A DNA stretch of 64,000 nucleotides, taken from a virus. The DNA lies in IMG/VR virus record IMGVR_UViG_3300027743_000002, positions 10,679-74,678 of that record; one strand, given 5' to 3'. Made by a program: the position numbers and the translations under genes. This document shows, one piece after another, positions 36,875-46,017 of the stretch (position 1 is the stretch's first letter; every line of letters begins with the position of its first letter). The notes beneath the pieces were generated by a model. That model was not told the DNA's origin, did no database searches, and saw nothing but the letters and a program-made list of their open reading frames with translations.

Positions 36875-37427
36875 TCCCCAATCTCCTTTGCATCTAAAAT
36901 GCTGTCTTCTACTTCACAAGGTTCTATCTCGCACTGTAGGTCTAACCATGACTCCGCGATATGCCCCAAATCACTCAACTCAAGTCCGAGATAGCCCATT
37001 AAACAAGCCACCATGTACCACCGATTAGAAATACACGAACCTTCGTGAGCGTCGGTACACGTCTCATCGTGTCGGTCAGCGTCCTCCGCGAGCGCGGTCA
37101 TGTGGTCTATGATTGGTTTCATTGGCATCCTCATTCAAAGATTTAACGGAAGGGGCGATCAATCGGCCTTGTCAAGAGAGCCTTGGGATACCCCTTCCGC
37201 TCAGACCGTCTTTTCACGGTCAGAGTTCATTTCTTTCCTAATCCCGCGCCTTCGCTCTTTCTCAAAATATCATCGACTCTCAACGCGGGGCGAATAACTT
37301 CAAGATGTTGATTGACTAGCGGCTGAGATATGCCCTTTGCGAGCGCGGATTTGACCGCTGAACGCGCTATGTCTCGTGGATGGGGCTTCTCACTATCAAC
37401 GACTCTTAATCTTGGTTTAGCGGGCAT
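36871..37427 (-). CDS. two small hypothetical genes (36871-37134, 37227-37427)
   Basis: Co-oriented and tightly packed with neighbours. Confidence 0.5.
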
Positions 37428-37430
37428 CTG

Positions 37431-38243
37431 TTACTCCTTCTCTGCTGAACGAGCAGCGGCCAACTTACAAACACAGCAAACGGTTGATCCGAGACATAGG
37501 CCACAAGGAATGTGCAATAGCATTTCGCACTTCACACACTTGCTGCTGGCTGAGTCAGGCTGAGACGCTGCTGGTAGTAATGCCATAGCACGAACGAGTC
37601 GAAAGGCATCCATGATAATGTCCGCACTTGGACAATCGCCGCCCTTAGCTGTTTCGGTGCAAATGGCATCCCACGTTGCTTGAGCCAAACGAAAATCTCC
37701 ACGCTCACTAACTAAACAGTTTTGATGCACCCCAAAGATTCCGCTGGTTATTGATTCTGGTAATGGCTTACCACAAATTGAACAGTCGTCCGCTACTTCA
37801 GTTAGTGGCACTTGGTGTTCATCAATGGCCCTTTCAGCGACTTGGGCTATATCATCACAAAGCATAACTAACTGTGGGCCAGTCAACGGCTGTAATCCAT
37901 CAATGATGCCAATTCTAATTGCAGCATTCGCTATCGCCTCACCGAGTTTGGCTGAGTCAGCGGGAGCGGGTGTATTAGCGACAACGACTGGAGCGGTTCC
38001 GCCTAGAAGGTTCCGAAGCGCATCAATCTCATCCCACGGGATGCTAATTGCTTTTCGCGCATCGTCCCGATTGATTAGCCGGATGCTGTGACCTTCGTTC
38101 CGGAGCATCACGAAAGAGCGCGTCAAGAACTTGGATGGGTCGTTGGCGTCAATGGTGTTAATTGCGTTCATCACCTGTCGGCCTTTATCAGCGTCGGTGG
38201 TGGCGTCGTCGTCGTTCATTGGTGGCAGTTGTTCACTCGGCAT
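37431..38243 (-). CDS. mosaic hypothetical protein
   Basis: 270 aa patchwork with Cys clusters; abuts neighbours. Confidence 0.55.
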   Translation of the reverse strand: MPSEQLPPMNDDDATTDADKGRQVMNAINTIDANDPSKFLTRSFVMLRNEGHSIRLINRDDARKAISIPWDEIDALRNLLGGTAPVVVANTPAPADSAKLGEAIANAAIRIGIIDGLQPLTGPQLVMLCDDIAQVAERAIDEHQVPLTEVADDCSICGKPLPESITSGIFGVHQNCLVSERGDFRLAQATWDAICTETAKGGDCPSADIIMDAFRLVRAMALLPAASQPDSASSKCVKCEMLLHIPCGLCLGSTVCCVCKLAAARSAEKE

Positions 38244-39110
38244 TTACTTCTCCTTTTCGGCTGCAAGGGTAATGGACTCAAGGTTCTTTCCACAGAAGGG
38301 GCAGAATGAGCTACCCGCATAGGGCGGGTTTAGATTATTTCTTCCGCACTCAGTCGCCCAAAACTCCAACACTCGGTTGCGTGGCCCACAGTCACCGTCA
38401 CATTCATGTTCACCAAGCTGAGTCCAGGTACACCGCTTCATTGCTTCTCCTGCACCAGCGGGAGCGGCTGCTAGGTGGCGGGAGAGAATCGCTTCTGCGT
38501 TACGCGCTAAGTTTCCAATCTTCAACAACGCTTCATACCGCACCTGCGGGTCGGGGTTTTCCTCGCACGAATAGCAGGCAAAGTCATTGATACGCTGTAA
38601 GGCTTTCAGTACCTCTGCGGGAGCGTCTACTGTAGTTGCTGGTACAGGGGGAAGGGTGGCGAGTGCGCGCTGAGTGTTATCGAGTTTTTGCCGAGCTTCC
38701 CATTCAGGGATTTCAACGTAGCTATAACCATCCGTGTAAGTTGGCCCAATGGTTCCGGCCTTAGTTTTAATGGCATTGGCGAGCCGAAAGGAAAGCCACG
38801 CCTCGAAATCCCGTAAAGTCGATAACGGCGAGTCTTCTCTACTAATCACGTCTCCTGCTACTGGGGAGCGGGCGAGAAACGATTGCTCTAACTCCCACGC
38901 GACACAGGCGGCGCGGCGCAAGATGTTTAGCAAGTGCGTGTCGCAGCGGAAGCCTCTCGATTCTTCGTCCATGAAGTACCTCAGACCGCGAAGAAACTCG
39001 ACAAGTGAACAATCAAGGCGTCCTATCGCGCACGTTCCTGCCATAACCGACTCGACTGTTTCCCGCTCCGGTGCTGGTTGGTTATCTGTATGAGATTCTT
39101 TGGCTTTCAT
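38244..39110 (-). CDS. mosaic hypothetical protein whose start appears supplied by the TnpB element
   Basis: 288 aa; C-terminal FCPFCG; probable original start MTTDN left at 40234. Confidence 0.6.
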   Translation of the reverse strand: MKAKESHTDNQPAPERETVESVMAGTCAIGRLDCSLVEFLRGLRYFMDEESRGFRCDTHLLNILRRAACVAWELEQSFLARSPVAGDVISREDSPLSTLRDFEAWLSFRLANAIKTKAGTIGPTYTDGYSYVEIPEWEARQKLDNTQRALATLPPVPATTVDAPAEVLKALQRINDFACYSCEENPDPQVRYEALLKIGNLARNAEAILSRHLAAAPAGAGEAMKRCTWTQLGEHECDGDCGPRNRVLEFWATECGRNNLNPPYAGSSFCPFCGKNLESITLAAEKEK

Positions 39111-40229
39111 AAATTAAAGATTTCAGATGGCAATCGCTTGCCTCTCGTGGCTTCCTCCAAGCCCGACAATGAGCGTGTTAATCGCGGCATTGATGTCGCG
39201 GTCGTGCTCAGTTCCACATTGAGCGCACTCCCACTCTCTTACCTTCAAGCCTGCCAGTCCGGTAGGCCCAGATAAGCACCCACAAGCCGAACAAGTCTTG
39301 GTGGAATTTCTGGAATCAACTTCGACGTAAACCCCAAGGCCGTCTGTACGACGCTTGCTCTTGTAGGAAAGCATTTGTCGAAGTTGAGCGTGTCCTGAAC
39401 TAGCTACACTCTTACCGAAGCGTTTTGCTATTGATTTGTGTCTGTCTGCGCTAAAGGCAATGAGCTGATTCTCGGCAATCAATCTGCGCGACAGTTTGTG
39501 ATTACGATCTTTACGTTGGTTCGCTATGCGCTCTTGAAGTCGAGATGTGAACTTCCTGTTACGCCCACGCTGCGACTGAGACAAACGCTTAGCGGACGCT
39601 TCCAGTTCTCGCGGATGCTCTACGACCTCACCGTCTGACAGCGTGAGCAGCGAACTAAAGCCTGGATCAATTCCAACGCAGCCATCGGCGGTTGCAAAAA
39701 TAGCGTCACCGTCTGCCTTGATGAATAAACAGGCGTACCACCCCGATGCCCTTTTCACCAAACGAAATTGACTAATCTGCCCTTCGGGTATCTCTTGCTT
39801 GTGAAAGCGAATCCGGCCTAACCGGACAACGCTCAATCGGCCATCTATAACCTTCACCCCGTGAGCAAACGGAATCGAGTTAAACCTATTCCGTCGCCCC
39901 TTCAGTCGGGGCTTACGTGAAACCTTCTTGAAGCAACGCCGCCAAGATGTGTGGGCAGACCAGAGAGTTCCGCAGATCGCGTCTTGCGCTACGTCCATCT
40001 TTGGCCCATGACTGTTTAGCAGGTTTCTAAAGTCCAGCGACGAGTAGTAAATACAGTCCCGCGAATCGTGCTCAATCTTCTTGATGGCCCAGTTCCAGAC
40101 CGAACCCAAGTGACGTAGCCAATGGCCTAGTCGTCGCTCTTGGCGTGGGGTGGGTCTAAGCTTTAACTGAATCTGAATCATGGTGCGTGATTATCTCAAA
40201 AAGATTTTCGTTCCTGATGGTTATCTGTA
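39079..40229 (-). mobile_element. TnpB-only insertion bounded by a 12-bp direct repeat
   Basis: TGGTTATCTGTA at 39079-39090 and 40218-40229; no tnpA. Confidence 0.7.
39123..40181 (-). CDS. tnpB: TnpB-family RNA-guided nuclease homolog
   Basis: QLKLRPT N-terminus, VGIDPG (RuvC-I), CSACG..CAQCG Zn finger, HDRDINAAIN (RuvC-III); RuvC-II region reads LIAFSAD. Confidence 0.92.
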   Translation of the reverse strand: MIQIQLKLRPTPRQERRLGHWLRHLGSVWNWAIKKIEHDSRDCIYYSSLDFRNLLNSHGPKMDVAQDAICGTLWSAHTSWRRCFKKVSRKPRLKGRRNRFNSIPFAHGVKVIDGRLSVVRLGRIRFHKQEIPEGQISQFRLVKRASGWYACLFIKADGDAIFATADGCVGIDPGFSSLLTLSDGEVVEHPRELEASAKRLSQSQRGRNRKFTSRLQERIANQRKDRNHKLSRRLIAENQLIAFSADRHKSIAKRFGKSVASSGHAQLRQMLSYKSKRRTDGLGVYVEVDSRNSTKTCSACGCLSGPTGLAGLKVREWECAQCGTEHDRDINAAINTLIVGLGGSHERQAIAI

Positions 40230-40230
40230 G

Positions 40231-40404
40231 TCATTTAGTAGGTGTCCTTTCACCGACTGGCAACTTAGGACGCGAATCAACGCGTTTGTACGGCTTTCGT
40301 CTGCGATTTTGGCGACAAAAGTCTTGGGTGTGCCGAATTACCATCAAGCGATTATCGCTATCGTAAACCTCTCCACATTTCCAACACTTCACCTGTTCAC
40401 TCAT
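40231..40404 (-). CDS. small Cys-containing basic protein (57 aa, not in ORF track)
   Basis: MSEQVKCWKCGEVYDSDNRLMVIRHTQDFCRQ...TPTK; its stop overlaps the ATG at 40234. Confidence 0.55.
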   Translation of the reverse strand: MSEQVKCWKCGEVYDSDNRLMVIRHTQDFCRQNRRRKPYKRVDSRPKLPVGERTPTK

Positions 40405-41558
40405 CTACTTTTCCTTTCCTGCTGCTGCGGTTTCAAGTTCAGCTAACACCCTGTTAATTACTTCAGTTGCGTTTGGCCCCCATGCTCGGTCATGTATCTG
40501 CTTTTTGAACTTCAACGCGAAGGCTTGCAACCGCTTCTGTTCCTTTGCTCGCTCTGCTGCTAGAGCGGCTGAGATAGCGTCGATTAAGTCGGTCGCGCAC
40601 TGACCGTTCGGATTTAACCGTGCGAGATAACGATAGCCCTCGTGCCAGTTCTCCACTATTGCTTTCGCTGTTGCTCTATCTTCATCGTTAGGTGTAGCCA
40701 TTAGCGTCTTGCCTCCCATTCTTCTTTCGGATTGTCGTAATTGACACCGTGTCGACTAGCTGTCTCTCTGCGCTTGCCGTCCAACTCTCTCATCAATAAT
40801 TGAGTCGCTTTCCAAGTCGGAGCATTTGAATCAATGGTGCGTACTCACTGAGCAACGATTTGGTCAGACGCGCATAAGTCCCCGCTTTTAACTCGGATGG
40901 TTTCAATTCTCAATCCTCCCTGTAATCTGTTCCACCAAGCGGATGTTCTTATTCCCTATGTACTCTTGAGCCTGGACAAGTAGCTCGCGGAGTTCGTCAT
41001 TTTCCTTCGCTACTTCTGCCAGCATTTCCTTTTCTCGCTCCGCACGAGTTTCTAAAGTTCTCACTAGGTCGTCACGCTGCTTGCGGAGTTCGGCGTTCTC
41101 AGCACGTTGGCGGCGTATCTCTGCTATGAGAGCGGGAACGTCAGATTCGATTAAGGTTCGAGCCGCAAGTTCCGGCAAGTCCATTTCCACCTTTGATTGC
41201 CGCCCTTCAATAGCATCTAGGTCTAGTGCTGCTATAGACTCTGCATTGATGGTGGTCACGATTGAGACTCCTTCACGAGTTCGAGAATGTGTTTGGGCTT
41301 ATCGTGCATATCGAGGTTGAAACAAAGCCCTTGCGTGGCAAACTTATTTCTCAGCATGAACCGATAAAGTTCGTCTTGGGTTATGTCTGCGACCGTCACG
41401 CCAAATCGGTATTCGTGAATCTCATCTGAGCCATCTTCAAATACAGCATTGGGCCACTGACTACGCAAGCGGGCGATCAGATCGTCGTAGTCGGCCTTGT
41501 CTTCGCAGTAAATAAGATCGTGCGCCCGCGCTTCTTCCACTGTTACCTGCTCGCTCAT
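40405..41558 (-). CDS. three hypothetical genes (40405-40701, 40903-41259 coiled-coil, 41256-41558)
   Basis: Co-oriented; 40903 has Ea22-like DVPALIAEIRR; RBS ggagagg before 41558. Confidence 0.55.
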
Positions 41559-41582
41559 TCCCTCTCCTTCGGCTTGTAGAGT

Positions 41583-41798
41583 TCAGCCTAAGTCCTTTAA
41601 CGCGGACTGAAATTTATCCACAAGGGTTGCGTTCCAATCCCATCGTCCGGTTTCCAGCGATGAGAGCCGTGCCTTGCTGATGCCCATGCGGGCGGCAACC
41701 TCAGTCAGCGTTTTCTTGGCCCGCTCCCGCTTGGCCCTGAGTTCTTGTGGACAAGGAAGCGAGCCTTTGCCCCCGCAGTATTTACAAGTAATTCTCAT
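41583..41798 (-). CDS. XRE-family HTH protein
   Basis: LRAKRERAKKTLTEVAARMGISKARLSSLETG. Confidence 0.8.
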   Translation of the reverse strand: MRITCKYCGGKGSLPCPQELRAKRERAKKTLTEVAARMGISKARLSSLETGRWDWNATLVDKFQSALKDLG

Positions 41799-42205
41799 TT
41801 TGCTTTTGGCCCCGCAGCGGCGACGGTTTTGTACTCAAGTCCCCATCCGTACTTAGCCGCGTCTCCGTGCCATGCTTCCGCAACCTCATACAAAGTTTCG
41901 ATGAACAGTGGCCCATGCGGACGACGCGCACCGCTCCGCGTGCGTCCGTAACCATTGCGTTTGAAGTTCAGCAAGTGAGCGAACTCATGCAAGAGCAAGT
42001 TAGTTGTGCCAATCCACGAACGCGCACCCGCAAAGATTGTCCATTGTTCTAACTTCGCGTGTCCCCGAACTCCGTCGATAGACCATGCCAAGTTGGGCAT
42101 TGGGACATTGAAGTGAACCGCGAGTATCGCTAACAACTCTAAGGCCTCCGTCTTGAGTAAGCGGTCTCCCGTGCGCTTGAATTCCCGTTCTTGTTGTCGT
42201 GTCAT
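41795..42205 (-). CDS. SprT-like zinc metallopeptidase
   Basis: LLHEFAH...PHGPLF. Confidence 0.7.
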   Translation of the reverse strand: MTRQQEREFKRTGDRLLKTEALELLAILAVHFNVPMPNLAWSIDGVRGHAKLEQWTIFAGARSWIGTTNLLLHEFAHLLNFKRNGYGRTRSGARRPHGPLFIETLYEVAEAWHGDAAKYGWGLEYKTVAAAGPKAK

Positions 42206-42346
42206 TTATCTTTCCTTCTCTGAAAGATTGTTTCAATGTTCACAGATAGTATAACACGGCTGTCAATACCCCTTGCGCTGAAAGTGGCTGAATTAAGAGT
42301 GGAAAGTGTAAATTCATTGAGCAAAGTTGCATTGAAAATAAATTTC

Positions 42347-43404
42347 TCACCAACATTTCCAAGCGAACGTGCGCTCTGCTTTTTTCCAGTATGGAAGTAT
42401 CAACAGCGGGAGTTCCTTGAATTCAACTTGCTGCTCTCGTTCTGCTTCACGGTCATACACGTCTTGTTTGGCTCGTAGCAGAGAGAGTTGATAGTCATGC
42501 TCATAGCGGGCTAAGAGGCTGTGACTTTGTAGATCGTCTGTGCCCCTGGGAGTGGCGCGTTTATTTAGTGGCTCACCACACTCACGGCAGTTGGCTTCAT
42601 TGGGGGTGGGGACGTGACAGTCCTTGCATAGCACTAGCATCGGGTTTCTTCTCCTTTGTTGCGGCATCTTTCTTCCAAGCGAGCGCGTAGTACATCTCCG
42701 TAGCGTCTTTGGCCGACGACCTTGTTCTCGCCCAATTCATGCTCATGCAAGGCGATTAGCTGAGTCGTGGCGCGACGGACGTTGGTAGGGGAGCCAAAAC
42801 AGACTCGCGGGCCTACGTCGATGCGGGCTAAGTAGATACTCTGACCACAGACGCGACAGATGTAGGGGTAGTGTGATTTACGGTGTGTCATAGAGGTCTC
42901 ACTTCCGCAGGGAGTCCACAACATTTCGGCCACTTGAGCGCGTACTTGCTCATCTGCTCCGGTGTCTTAGTGCTGGTACGGAAACAGATCGGGCAACTAA
43001 GAACTGCGCCTTTGGGCCACGCTAGTTTCTCAATGTTCTTGAGAGCCTTAGCAGATAAAGCAATGGTCTTTAATGATTCAGGGTTGTTGTTCATATCTTT
43101 AGTCAACACGTAACTGTCCGGTTGCCCGTGCGTAATCATCAATCAGCCTAAGAGTGCTTGTCACAGCAAACGTAACCGCTGCGTGAAAAGTTGGATCGTA
43201 TTCCCACAACCAATGAAATCGGTTTTGTTGGCCGTCTGGTGCTTGTGGCCCACTTGGGTAACACGCTGCGATTCCTAACCCTATGGCGTAAATCAAATAG
43301 CCTTCTAACTCGCGGCGGTTGGTCGGTGCTTCCGCTCGTTGCTTATCTCGTGCTGCGTTTACTAAGGCTTGCGCGGCTTTTAGATCAAATGGCTCATTGC
43401 TCAT
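42347..43404 (-). CDS. four small hypothetical genes, several with Cys pairs
   Basis: Overlapping ORFs ending at 42347, 42634, 42888 and 43099. Confidence 0.5.
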
Positions 43405-43739
43405 CTTCCATACCCCGCTATCTCTCGCGCTTCAGCACTCTCAGCGAGCCTTTGATACTCCGCAAGTTGATGGTCTACTTTCAAGGGGTTGAATGGTTTC
43501 CATTTCCCCGACCGCTGCCGATAGCCCCAATGCTTCAACACGAAGGCCCAAAGAGTTAAGTCCTTCACGGTCATGTTAATGTCGTAGCGTCTGCCCGCGT
43601 TCAAATTTAAGCGGAAGGTGTCCCGCCAGATTTCCACAGCCTCACTTGAACCGCAGAGGTCGTTAAGGATTTCTTGTTCTTCGTTACGTTGTTCTTGGAG
43701 TAGTGATGTTTGCATTTCGTCGCTGCCTTTCTGCTTCAT
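43401..43739 (-). CDS. hypothetical protein, possibly an isolated replication-initiator C-terminal-like domain
   Basis: AVEIWRDTF..VKDLTLW..VL..W..FNP..V...L..Y helical pattern; family assignment is tentative. Confidence 0.4.
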   Translation of the reverse strand: MKQKGSDEMQTSLLQEQRNEEQEILNDLCGSSEAVEIWRDTFRLNLNAGRRYDINMTVKDLTLWAFVLKHWGYRQRSGKWKPFNPLKVDHQLAEYQRLAESAEAREIAGYGR

Positions 43740-43939
43740 CGTTTACGTGGTTTCGGCCCCGTTTTTGTATTGCGGTCTTTCATCTTCTGAAACTGCATTG
43801 GGGTGAACGTCATGGCTCGCCCAATCCAGCTTGGCTTAATTCGCAACTGCTTGGCGATTTCTCTTACGCGCTTCTGCGTTAGCCCAAGACTGTGAGCAAT
43901 CATCTGCGTGGTTAAAGACACTTCGGTATTATAGGACAT
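43736..43939 (-). CDS. excisionase/MerR-like HTH protein
   Basis: LTTQMIAHSLGLTQKRVR..IKPSWIGR; paralog of 57275. Confidence 0.65.
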   Translation of the reverse strand: MSYNTEVSLTTQMIAHSLGLTQKRVREIAKQLRIKPSWIGRAMTFTPMQFQKMKDRNTKTGPKPRKR

Positions 43940-44008
43940 TGGCGCACCTAATCCAAGAGGTTATTTAGAATTACCTTGCGTTGAGTTCGAGAAACTTTGT
44001 AAAATGCG

Positions 44009-44585
44009 GGGATTGAAAAGCAGTAGGGCCGAAATGTAGGTTTATTTACACTCGGCCCCAAGATACCGCCAACGGCAGCGACGCTGTAGCGATGTCCCAA
44101 TCCTAGCACGACACGGGCATCGCTACAAGGTTCTTTTAAGTCCCGTGAGCACCTAATATGGCAATGACTAAAATTGCCAGCGTAAAAATCACGGACAAAG
44201 TTGAAGGCGGCAACTGATTCACTAGCTGAAAAGCAAGCGAGAAACAAAGCGTCTCGCAGAAGGGCAGCGCAGTCAGAACAACCACTTCCTATGCTGATTA
44301 AATTCTTCATAGTCTTGCTAGGCAATCGCCGACGAACCGTGAACCTAGTCCCAAACGTGCAGAGACGCGAGCAATCGTGTCTCTATGGTAAAGAAGGTGG
44401 TGTACTCGCACGGTGCATCTTCAGGGTAAATTCTGACGACGTGAATCGCAAAGAATAAGGCTCCCGTTAAGCAACTACAGTTACCTCTCCTAACTAATCC
44501 CGCGCACAAGGGATAAGGGTTCGGTGCGCTCTCTTGAACTGACTGCCCGCCCTTCTTAACGGAGGAGCGGGTAGTCTTGTTTTAT
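44009..44585 (+). ncRNA. candidate large structured non-coding RNA (~570 nt)
   Basis: TTGCGT-18 bp-TAAAAT upstream; at least ten stems, with G-U pairs on the + strand; terminal hairpin plus U-rich tract. Confidence 0.6.
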
Positions 44586-44588
44586 GCG

Positions 44589-45143
44589 TTAGGTAAATTG
44601 CCCATCTCGCGGCATTTTAACTTCTAAGCCTTCGGACGTTAGTTGAGTAACCATTGACATAGCAAATTCGGTTTCAACAAATCGCTCGGCGTTTTCACGG
44701 TTCCAGCCACCGTCCCCGCGATATTGATCCCAAAAGTCTCCATTGGTCACGAGGTAGTCAACTATCTCGGCTTTTGTGGCAAAGGCTGGTGTAACAGGCG
44801 TACCCTCAGAAACCGTTTCGTACATCTGAAACCAAGTGGCTTCTTCTTCAGTCCACTTTGGACGGTAACCATCTCGCTCTGGTGGTGAGCCGTTCCATTC
44901 CCAATAGTAGCGGGTTTCACCGTCGCCGTATTCAGCGCGATCCGGATCGTCTCCGGCCTCCCATGCTACAAGCCCCGCGATCCATTCTTCTGCGGTTGAC
45001 TCATAATCTCGGTCATAGAGCGGGCGAAGACACATACCTCCATTTTTCTTAGCGTCGTCACATCCTCCAGTCCACGGAGAATGTTCGCACTGTTGGCGGG
45101 GATGTTCCCAATTCGGTATAACCTTGCGGATTTCTCGTCCCAT
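44589..45143 (-). CDS. hypothetical phage protein
   Basis: RBS aggagg; MGREIRKV..WEHP..FQMYETVSEGTPVTP. Confidence 0.75.
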   Translation of the reverse strand: MGREIRKVIPNWEHPRQQCEHSPWTGGCDDAKKNGGMCLRPLYDRDYESTAEEWIAGLVAWEAGDDPDRAEYGDGETRYYWEWNGSPPERDGYRPKWTEEEATWFQMYETVSEGTPVTPAFATKAEIVDYLVTNGDFWDQYRGDGGWNRENAERFVETEFAMSMVTQLTSEGLEVKMPRDGQFT

Positions 45144-45210
45144 AACTACCTCCTAATTTGTGATACATAAAGGTTTAACGGAGAGCGGGCTGTCGAGTCT
45201 CTAGGGGATT

Positions 45211-45275
45211 GCGCGGGGTTGAGTTCTCACCCCAACTAGCGACCGCGAGGTCATTAACGAGACAGTCTCCCGCGC
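45211..45275 (-). ncRNA. tRNA-like cloverleaf element (not a canonical tRNA)
   Basis: GCGCGGG/CCCGCGC closing stem, two internal hairpins, GUUGGG-GUGAGAA-CUCAAC arm. Confidence 0.4.
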
Positions 45276-45282
45276 AAACTTG

Positions 45283-45984
45283 TCAAAACGGAGCATCCTC
45301 CAAATCATCAGGTGGCTCACTTAAAGCCGGATCGGGAGCGTCACGATATGGATCATTATCTTCTAAGCCTTTATTTCCGCTAGGGTCGGTATCTACTTGC
45401 TGGTTTCTCAGCGGTCTCAGGGCTTGTGCCGCGTCGATAGTAGGAATGACGACATCTAGCATTCGCTGACACAGAAAGTCTTCCTGTGCCCCGTAATCCC
45501 ACTTGCCGCTTGCCCGCTGAATTGGTTCCGGCAAGTCGTGAGGGTTCTCACGGGTGTATTTCTGAGGAACCGAGACTCCATCCTGTTGCACGTTGAACGC
45601 GGTCGTGTCAGTCTTACGATCTGTCCAAGCAGAGAAACGAACAGGCTTACGGAAGTCCACATTTTCTGCCACCTTCATCCAGCGGGAGTTGATGCGTGAG
45701 TCAAACGCAATATCAAGAGAACAGGGCGTACCGTCGGCATCAATGTGAATATTCCACCCCCTGAATTTCCGACCATTGTATTCACGGTCGTACCACTCCA
45801 TTTTGGTGACGTAGCCGGAAACGGCTTTGTAGGGCTTGATCCACTTGGTGTACTCCGTACCGTCACGGAGAGTCCCGTCAATCCGCTTGTATCCATCGCG
45901 TTCGGTCTTGCTGGTTTGGCATATTTGGCCGTGAGAAATCTTAAGAAAGATCGCTCCAGTATCGTCGTAAGTTTCGAGTCCCAT
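45283..45984 (-). CDS. putative single-stranded DNA-binding protein
   Basis: Aromatic beta-rich body, acidic tail ending DDLEDAPF, next to an exonuclease gene. Confidence 0.6.
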   Translation of the reverse strand: MGLETYDDTGAIFLKISHGQICQTSKTERDGYKRIDGTLRDGTEYTKWIKPYKAVSGYVTKMEWYDREYNGRKFRGWNIHIDADGTPCSLDIAFDSRINSRWMKVAENVDFRKPVRFSAWTDRKTDTTAFNVQQDGVSVPQKYTRENPHDLPEPIQRASGKWDYGAQEDFLCQRMLDVVIPTIDAAQALRPLRNQQVDTDPSGNKGLEDNDPYRDAPDPALSEPPDDLEDAPF

Positions 45985-46017
45985 TTGAGTTCCTTTCGTT
46001 GGTTAAGGCGAGCAGTC

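Noticed and set aside
43948-44458. ORFs 43948-44325 (-) and 44201-44458 (+)
   Set aside because: No RBS or recognisable motifs and atypical composition; dense base pairing explains the region better.
44009-44585. tmRNA or RNase P RNA identity for the structured region
   Set aside because: I found no TTCGA T-arm with CCA end and no GAGGAAAGTCC signature.
45211-45275. Canonical tRNA gene
   Set aside because: 65 nt, with no 7-nt anticodon loop and no conserved D- or T-loop residues.
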